Below are positions 55,978-64,000 of a stretch of DNA of 64,000 bases, one piece after another. The stretch is from Octopus sinensis (taxonomy: Eukaryota). A model generated the notes under the pieces. That model was given only the letters and a program-made list of their open reading frames with translations, did no database searches and was not told where the DNA came from. How positions within the stretch are numbered: the stretch's first letter is position 1; every line of letters starts with the position of its first letter. The translations under genes were made by a program, and so were the position numbers. Location: contig NC_042997.1 in the NCBI RefSeq assembly GCF_006345805.1, positions 82,956,001 through 83,020,000 of the forward strand, given 5' to 3'.

Positions 55978-57400
55978 TGTTACAGTTTAGCTGGTGCATT
56001 TCCCGGTGACCCACATTGGAATTATGGTTCCGGCATGTCTAGTAGAAAAGTGACAGTCTTTTGTTTAATGGAGGACTAATGGGTTTTGGAATGACCTGTG
56101 ACCTCGTGCGGCTGAGAAGAGGGTCAGGAGAATGTGAAAGAAAAGGGACAGATTAAGGGCTGAGAGCAAATAGAGATAGAGTATAAGCAGTAAGGGACGG
56201 ATGGAGAGGCTAAGAGTCTGGCAGGCGATAGCGATAGAGTAAGAGCAGAGGGCAAATAGAAAGGATAAGCAGTAAGGGACAGATAGAGAGGCTAAGGGAT
56301 TGAGGCGATATAGATAGAGTAAGGAATCAGAGAGCAGTTAGAAAGGGTAGGAGCGATATAGACAGAGGGAGATGAGGGAGTGGAAGAAGGACAGAGACGA
56401 AGTGAGGTCGGGCAGTTCGTAGTTGGTCGTCAAGAAGGGCAGTTCGCAGTTGGTCGTCAGGAAGGACGGATCCGGGGCAGTTCGTAGTTGGTCGTCAAGA
56501 AGAGCAGTTCGTAGTTGGTCGTCAAGAAGGGCAGTTCGCAGTTGGTCGTCAGGAAGGACGGATCCGGGGCAGTTCGCAGTTGGTCGTCAAGAAGGGCAGT
56601 TCGCAGTTGGTCGTCAGGAAGGACGGATCTGGGCGGTTGGTAGTTGGTCGTCGAAGAAGACAGAGGGATCTTGCGGTCGGTTGAGCGGTCGTGGAAGAAC
56701 ACAGACGGATCTTGGACAGATCAGCAGGGATCTTGGGATTTGAGGAGCAAGCGATTGGAATATGCAGAAGGGATATGTACAGAAGGATTTGGCAGTATTC
56801 AGAGGAATTGGCAGGATTGAGAGGAATGGGACGCTGGCAGATTCAATTAGGAATTGAGGTATGTGTTTGTGCATTGATACGTGTCACGATGTATTGAACA
56901 GTGAAAAGAACAGTCAAGGACTTGTCGATATGTCGATTATCGAGTTGTGGTATTCATGTTCAGAATTGTGTTGATGTGACATTATCTGTGATGTTTAGAA
57001 AAGACTTTAAAAGAACTGTGTCTTCGGACGTGTACCTTTGAAATACTGTATATGACTTGTTGTGTCTCCGGACTGATATATTGTTACATGATGTTGTTAA
57101 ATGCATTGATCTGTGGTATACCCGTATGATGTATTGATTTGTTGTTTGCCTTAAATGTATTTGATGTGTAGCAATTGATTGTCATATAAACTAGTAGTTG
57201 TTGAATATAAGCCAGTGTCTCTGTTGCCTCTGTGCCTCTTTGGGTTGTATCTCGGGTTGTGCCTCTATCTCTGTGCTGTTGAGGTTGTGGCAGTGTCCAT
57301 CTGTATCTCCTCTCTCCGCCTCTTTGGGTTCCGTGGCGGAACTAGTGTGCGAGCCGTTCGGGACGAGCGACGACGGGCGATTCCAGTCCGTTCCGTGACG
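55978..57400. mobile_element. Probable solo LTR (~1.42 kb) inserted in (TA)n
   Basis: Starts TGTTAC and ends GTGACG (a CA-like end); contains internal tandem repeats; no ORF. Confidence 0.55.
56410..56658. repeat. 27-bp minisatellite (GGGCAGTTCGYAGTTGGTCGTCARGAA) x8 with recurrent 10-11 bp spacer
   Basis: Read directly from the sequence. Confidence 0.92.
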
Positions 57401-57490
57401 ATATATATATATATATATATATATGGATCAAACAGTTTGATTCAAATTCCTTTAATACTTCAAGTTTCAAGCGTGATGCTATTGGAATTA

Positions 57491-57552
<62 letters not shown>

Positions 57553-57561
57553 TATATATAT

Positions 57562-57695
<134 letters not shown>

Positions 57696-57770
57696 GTGTG
57701 TGTGTGTTTGTGTGTTCATCATATACATATTATGTATATGTATATATGTAACTCTATATGTTTGCATGTA

Positions 57771-57812
<42 letters not shown>

Positions 57813-57873
57813 CCTATCTACCTATCTACCTATCTACCTACCTACCTACCTACCTACCTACCTACCTACCTAC

Positions 57874-57925
<52 letters not shown>

Positions 57926-57954
57926 TTACATCTATATAATCAATGTATTTGCAG

Positions 57955-58021
57955 CTGCTGGAATACTCACCCGACGTCATCATACTGGATATTTAATTCA
58001 GCTATTATGGCTTCTATAATA
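57955..58021 (+). CDS. GPCR exon, ECL2-TM5: (F)[22 protein letters not shown]
   Basis: tttgcag|C...ATA|gtaagt, 67 nt, phase 2-0. Conserved ECL2 CW and the YWI motif. Confidence 0.92.
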
Positions 58022-58379
58022 GTAAGTCTGTATAATTCTATTTTTACTCTGTGTCTGCACGCGTGTATATCTGTATTTTTATGTATGTCTGTATTTGTAT
58101 GTATGTATGTATGATTACAGGCCGACGTTTTCCAATCAGACTGCCACAAAGTTTTGAAGACTAAAATATGAGTAAGAAACAATGAATAAAAACCAAACAA
58201 TTAATAAAATAACTGAAAAGTTTATGACCGTGTGGTTAAAAAGTTCGCTTCGTAATCACGTAGTTTCCGGTGCAGTCCTACTGCTCAGGCCTTTGGGAAA
58301 GTGTCTTCAATTATAGCTTCGTGTCAACCGTGCTTAGTGTGCGAATTTGGAGGCCGGAAACTGTCCAAAACCCCATCGT

Positions 58380-58531
<152 letters not shown>

Positions 58532-58588
58532 TAGAAGAAATGAGGTAATCAGAAGATCGGATGGTTTATATTTACAGATATTTATTTA

Positions 58589-59859
58589 CGAGGAGCGTTC
58601 AATAAGTAATGCCCCTGACCCACTTCCCATAGCAGTATAGCAACGACACTTGCCACAGTTATTAGTCTTTTCCTACATAGGAACTACCCAGAGTCATGCA
58701 TTTCTCCCACCGTTTGATACAGCTCTGGAGACCGTTTTTGTAGAAGACCCCAGCTTGGTCCTCCAACCACGACGTGACTTCAGAAATCAAGGCTGCATCA
58801 TCTGGGAAACGCTTTCCTTTCAAAATCAACTTCATGGCTGGGAAGAGGTGAAAATCAGAGGGTGCAAGGGGAGGAGTTCATAGCTGCACGCCTGTGCTTC
58901 TGATCTGGCGACACGCGAGTTGTCGACCGGAGCGTTGTCCTGCAGGAGGAGGATGCCTTTGCTGATCTTGCCCCGCCTCTTGATTTTGATAGCTTCTCTT
59001 AATTTCCTCAAAAGTGAAGCATAATAGGCTCCTGTAATTGTGGTACCCTTTGCCAGGAAATCTGTCATCACTACTCCGTCCTGGTCCCAGAAGACTGTGA
59101 GCATAACCTTGTCAGCGGAGGGCTGCACCCTTGCCTTCTTTGGAGGAGGTGAGTCACGGTGCTTCCACTACATTGACTGGGCTTTGGTCTATGGATCATA
59201 GTGATGGACCCAGGTTTTATCCTGTGTGATCAGTCTTTTGAAAAATTTTGACTCATCTTCTTGGCACATCTCCAAATTCATCCTCGAGCACTCGACGCGT
59301 TCTTGCTTCTGAAAAGGTGTGAGCAACCTGGGAATCCATCTGGCAGACACCTTTTGCATATGCAAATGGTCATGAATGATAGTTTCCACAGACCCGGTAC
59401 TAATCTTGACCTCATGGGCTATTTGGCGAATAGTTATGCGTCGATCTTCCAAAATGACAGCCTCAACTTGACGGACAGATGCCTCATCAATGGCAGAAGG
59501 GGGGTGATCAGATCTGGGAGCTGTTTCCGCAGAGTTCCGGCCGTGTTTGAATTCACGATACCAGCGTTTTACAAGGTCATATGATGGGGCATCATCACCA
59601 TAAGTTACTTTCATTTCATCAAAAGTCTCCCGTGGTGTGCGTCCTTTCAAATACAAAAACCGGATCACTGCTCGACACTCAACAGGCTACATTTCACACT
59701 TGACTCAGTTCAAACACCTGTAAATCAGAAACCAGAATTACTTCAGAGCTGTAATTTGGCACTTAATCTATAGAGATATAAATAATTGCACATGCAAAAT
59801 TTCAGCTAGATCAAACAAATTCAAGTGGGTCAGGAGCATTACTTATTGAACGTCCGTCG
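58589..59859 (-). mobile_element. Near full-length mariner (irritans-like), TA TSD, inactive transposase
   Basis: TIR CGAGGAGCGTTCAATAAGTAATGCCCCTGACCCACTT matched at the right end with 3 mismatches. WIPRLL, ITQDKTW, VFWD, LQDNAP; stops present and the YSPDLAP motif is deleted. Confidence 0.93.
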
Positions 59860-59861
59860 TA

Positions 59862-60060
59862 TACACGAACTTAAGCTAAAGAACATTCAATATTCATTAT
59901 CTTGGTCTATAATAGCAGAAGCCCCACAGTATAATACTATTATGCGTGTATGTAAACTATGTATCAAAGAATCTATAAATATTCTCTGTCGATATAACTC
60001 TACATTATTGAATAAGTTCACGGATGCTATGTACTCTTGTAACCATAGATACCATTAAAC
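59862..60060 (+). mobile_element. Penelope-like GIY-YIG C-terminal fragment
   Basis: HELKLKNIQYSLSWSII..YN..RVCKLCIKE..ILC..LLNK..YSCNH. Confidence 0.7.
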
Positions 60061-61239
60061 ATTTAAGCATTTTGATCAATCTGGATAGATTTATCATTAA
60101 ACTCTGTAATTGGCTGCATTCCACCTAATATTTATACTCGCACCTCCTTCTAATCATTGGAAACTCTACCTTCCATCTGGATGCTTAAATATTTCTTTAT
60201 TCACTTTTTCGCGAGGATTTACACTTTTATTTTTTAATATTTTTAAATATCTTTAATATGTAAGTAGAACGATGTCTTCGATATATATCTTTTAAGATGC
60301 TGATATATTTTTTTACATCGATATGGTTTTTCTACCCATATATGTCTATTATATTTTTATATATTTATGTATCTGTAAATTCAAAATAAACAATAAAAGC
60401 TATGTTTTTATTAAAATAATCAAAATTGAACATTTTAAGATTATAGTATAATTTACAGTGATCTAAAAAGTTGTTTATATTTTTGGTTACATATATAGAT
60501 ATATTTGCATTAGAATAATTATAGAAGAGAATTATGATACTCATGGTGCCACTATATATAGCATTATCATAAGATGATAAAATGCTAAAGCTATCTAGAG
60601 GAATTTGTTAGGTGTCTGGTAGTCGTGAAAGTAATCACTACTCAAAGCTAATAACAGCTTTCTGGTCACAATTGAAGTTGATTCATTTAAGTTGCTAATA
60701 TTTTCTTTCTGGGAAATGTATGTCAGAGACCAAACAAAGTTTTCTTTCTTAAAGCAGTATATGTTTATATCAATAAAAATCCTTTTGAGTTTTATGTGTT
60801 GTTGATAAAAACGTGTTTTACTATTGATATTATTAAAACACTAACAATTTATTATCGTAAATGAAATTTTCTAAGTCTTAAGACAGTTCTTTTTTTCTAC
60901 AATCCAGTCAGTCAGCTTCTATGTGATTAATTTGTTACACTCAGTTACATTTCCATTAAATTAAATCACTGTCTTAAAAAAGGCCGACACATTGGATAAT
61001 GTGACTCTAGACACATTAGGTGTAAATGAAAACTAGGATGGTTAGAAATGAAATGTTTTTGCTCATAACTCAGCTTGATCAGAAGTGACTTGGAGCCAAA
61101 CACAAAGATCAACTAATTTTCCATGGGAATTTATAGTCGTTTTCTTGCACTCTTTAATAAAAATTAAAACATTATGTAACTTTCAATGGGTTGTCGTTGT
61201 GTTGGTGTCAAACTATTCGACTTCAGTTGATATTTTGGT

Positions 61240-61685
61240 TTCACATTTTGACACAAGGCCAGCAATTTATGGCGATTGGTTAAGTCGATTATATAGATCT
61301 CAGTGCTTGGTTGACAGTTTATTTTGTCGACTACGAAAGGATGGAAGACGAAGTCGACCTCGGCAGAATTTGAACTCGGAAAGTAAAGAGTCAGAAGAAA
61401 TGCAGCTGATCGTTTTCTCCGTCGCGGAAACGGTTCTAGCTCGCCGCCTTCAACTTCTGTTAATATATTGCTTTCAAATTTGGGCACAAGGCCAGCACTT
61501 TCGGAGATGGGGCAAATGGATTACACCGACCCTAGTGATCAACTGGTACTTATTTTATTGACCCCGAAAGGATGACAGGCAAAGTCGACCTCGACAGAAT
61601 ATGACCACATAATGTAAAGACGGTCGAAATGCGGCTAAGCATTTTGCCTGGCGTGCTAACGATTCTACCAGATCGCCGCCTTAAC
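61240..61685 (-). mobile_element. Two tandem SINE family A copies
   Basis: The reverse core gaaaggatg...aagtcgacctcg occurs twice, each with a head. Confidence 0.82.
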
Positions 61686-61717
61686 TTCAGTTAATATATT
61701 AAGAGTATGTCGAGCTG

Positions 61718-61915
61718 GCAAGGCATAGGCGGGGGTAAGTGGCAAGAAGTCTGCTTCCCAACCACATGGTTCCAGGTTCCGGGTTCAGTCGCACTGCATG
61801 GTACCTTGAGCAAGTGTCTTCTACTATGGCCTCGGGCCGACCGAAGCCTTTTTTGAGTGGATTTGATAGACAGAAAATGGAAGAAGCCCGTCGTATATGT
61901 GCGTGTTTGTACGAG
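61718..61915 (+). mobile_element. SINE family B, 5' half
   Basis: cttcccaaccacatggttcc...accttgagcaagtgtcttctactatggcc. Confidence 0.8.
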
Positions 61916-61919
61916 AATG

Positions 61920-61998
<79 letters not shown>

Positions 61999-62013
61999 TT
62001 CTCTCCCTCTCTC

Positions 62014-62070
<57 letters not shown>

Positions 62071-62074
<4 letters not shown>

Positions 62075-62382
62075 ATTTAGGGTATCTAAGAGATAACACC
62101 ACGCTGGAAATAGCAGTCAAAACTTGACTCTAAAACCACATTAAATGTTCATACAACACCAGGAGAGAAGACAAAGAGACAAAATAAACTAGCAAAGAAA
62201 TTACTGGATAGTTCCAGATCTCAGAAATCCAGGATCTAGAATTATCCAGTAATTTTTTTGCTTGTTTATTTTGTCTCTTTGTCTTCTCTCCTGGTGCTGT
62301 ATGAACATTTAATGCGGTTTTAGAGTAAAATTTTGGCTGCTATTTCCAGTGTGGTGTTATTTCTTAGATACCCTAAATCATA
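62071..62382. mobile_element. Fold-back MITE, 150-bp inverted arms and 12-bp loop, TA ends
   Basis: 62071-62220 is the reverse complement of 62233-62382. Confidence 0.9.
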
Positions 62383-62548
62383 AGTTTAATAATAATTATT
62401 ACCTCTGAAGGTTTTTCTTCCCATGCTGGCCACTTGATAAGATCGGTATTTAAACAACGATCTTATCCTTATATATACATATACATACATACATACATAC
62501 ATACATATACATACATACATACATACATACATACATACATACATACAT

Positions 62549-62683
<135 letters not shown>

Positions 62684-62765
62684 TAGTTGAAATTTATAGA
62701 AAAGCTTAGACTAAGACAGGAGTTTGAACAACAAGCAGTTGCATTAGTTTGATGGTCGTCCCTTG

Positions 62766-63220
62766 TCAGTCGTTAGAAAAGTGTTCTCACGTGGCTAAGA
62801 GTTGTTTTGACTCTTATTTCTGACAATGCTGTTGCTGTCTACCATTTACCGTCACTTTAGGGACGACTATACTTGTTGCCTTTCTGTTGTAAGTTGCAAA
62901 CAGACACTTAATAATTCATAATACTTACTTTAACATTTCCGGAATCAGTCAATGTTTCCTGTGGTGATCTCTATAAGGCTGACAAGGTAAGTTAAGTTCT
63001 TTAACATTCGGCGATGGAGTAATGGGTCACCGATGAAGATTAATCAAATCTGAAATCAGCGCTGATATGACTCCCTATCGCTTGTCTCCTTTATCAGTCA
63101 GTTGTTAGAAAAGTGCTCTCACGTGGCTAAGAGTTGTTTTCACACTTATTTCTAGCAACGTTGGTGACGACTGTACTTGTGCCTTTCGGTTGTAAATTGC
63201 GAATAGCCACCTTAATAATT
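62766..63220 (+). repeat. Direct repeats (62766-62916 and 63098-63220) bracketing a hammerhead; Penelope-LTR/retrozyme-like
   Basis: gttagaaaagtg(t/c)tctcacgtggctaagagttgtttt occurs twice. Confidence 0.7.
63024..63073 (+). ncRNA. Type I hammerhead ribozyme fold, dimer type, with U4C change
   Basis: GGGTCA-CCGATGA-AGATT(AATCA)AATCT-GAA-ATCAGCGCTGAT-A-TGACTC. Confidence 0.65.
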
Positions 63221-63255
<35 letters not shown>

Positions 63256-63851
63256 CTGTGTGTTTGTTTGTCCCCCACCACCATTTGACAACCAGTGTCA
63301 GTGTGTTTATGCCCATGTAACTTAGCGGCTCGGCAAAGAGACCGATAGAATATGTACCAGGGAGTCAATTCATTCAAGGCGGTGCCCCTGCATGCCCGCC
63401 CACTGTCTAATGAATGAAACAAGTATAAGATAAAAGATATTTTACTTTGTCATGTAAAAGTAGGAACAGGTCGACCGCCGTCGCCGCATCCACCACCACC
63501 ACCACCGCCACCATCACCGCCACCGCTGCCGTTGTCAGCAACAATAATAGCATCAACGCTATGAAGAACACCACCACCACTACAACAACGACATCGCCGA
63601 TCACCACCACCACCTACAACAATATCAACAACAATAACAATGTTTGATAATTTTAGTAAGCGTAGTTACGATTAAGAATACTTTTCTTCCTGCCAAGGAT
63701 TATGTTCGCCATCTCAGGCAAAATAAATGTTGTACTAATGTTATTGTAATTAATCTTCTCTAGCTACAATGCAATTAATATATATAATGACCAAATTGCG
63801 AAATTATACAGTCTAAGCAATTAACATACCTGAAATTGTATGTGCGTATGA

Positions 63852-63906
<55 letters not shown>

Positions 63907-64000
63907 TGTGTGTGTGAGTGTCCAATATATATATTTGTGTATATATACATATATACGCACTTCCGTATCAATCATTCCAAAAATATACAGATATGTGTGT

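Noticed and set aside
56410-56658. CRISPR-like appearance of the 27-bp repeats
   Set aside because: Units are directly adjacent or share an identical spacer; no unique spacers, no cas genes, and the context is eukaryotic.

Overview
AT-rich, microsatellite-dense animal genomic DNA. The SINE families and repeat density suggest an octopus-like cephalopod (inference). The only host gene found is the middle of a class B1 (secretin-family) GPCR of the invertebrate parathyroid-hormone-receptor-like type on the + strand. Seven exons (5546-5656, 9964-10097, 14651-14745, 19164-19332, 25144-25300, 52552-52612, 57955-58021) join in frame through canonical GT-AG sites and encode the hormone-binding domain to the start of TM5. 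The ORF track missed most of them. The introns are full of mobile elements: tRNA-derived SINEs, a CR1-type LINE with a nearly intact ORF2, an RTE fragment, Penelope-like fragments, mariner/Tc1 and hAT remnants, a probable solo LTR and three fold-back elements. Most notable is an 8.5-kb array (26.7-35.2 kb) of R4/Dong-like retrotransposon pieces, all on the minus strand and separated by (TAA)n tracts. It includes two copies of a structured, non-coding ~560-600 bp element that appears to use the same (TAA)n target. Two dimer-type hammerhead ribozyme folds lie in Penelope-like terminal repeats: 45197-45238 (U3-A8 compensatory core) and 63024-63073. No rRNA, functional tRNA or CRISPR array was found. 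Most listed ORFs are translated microsatellites.
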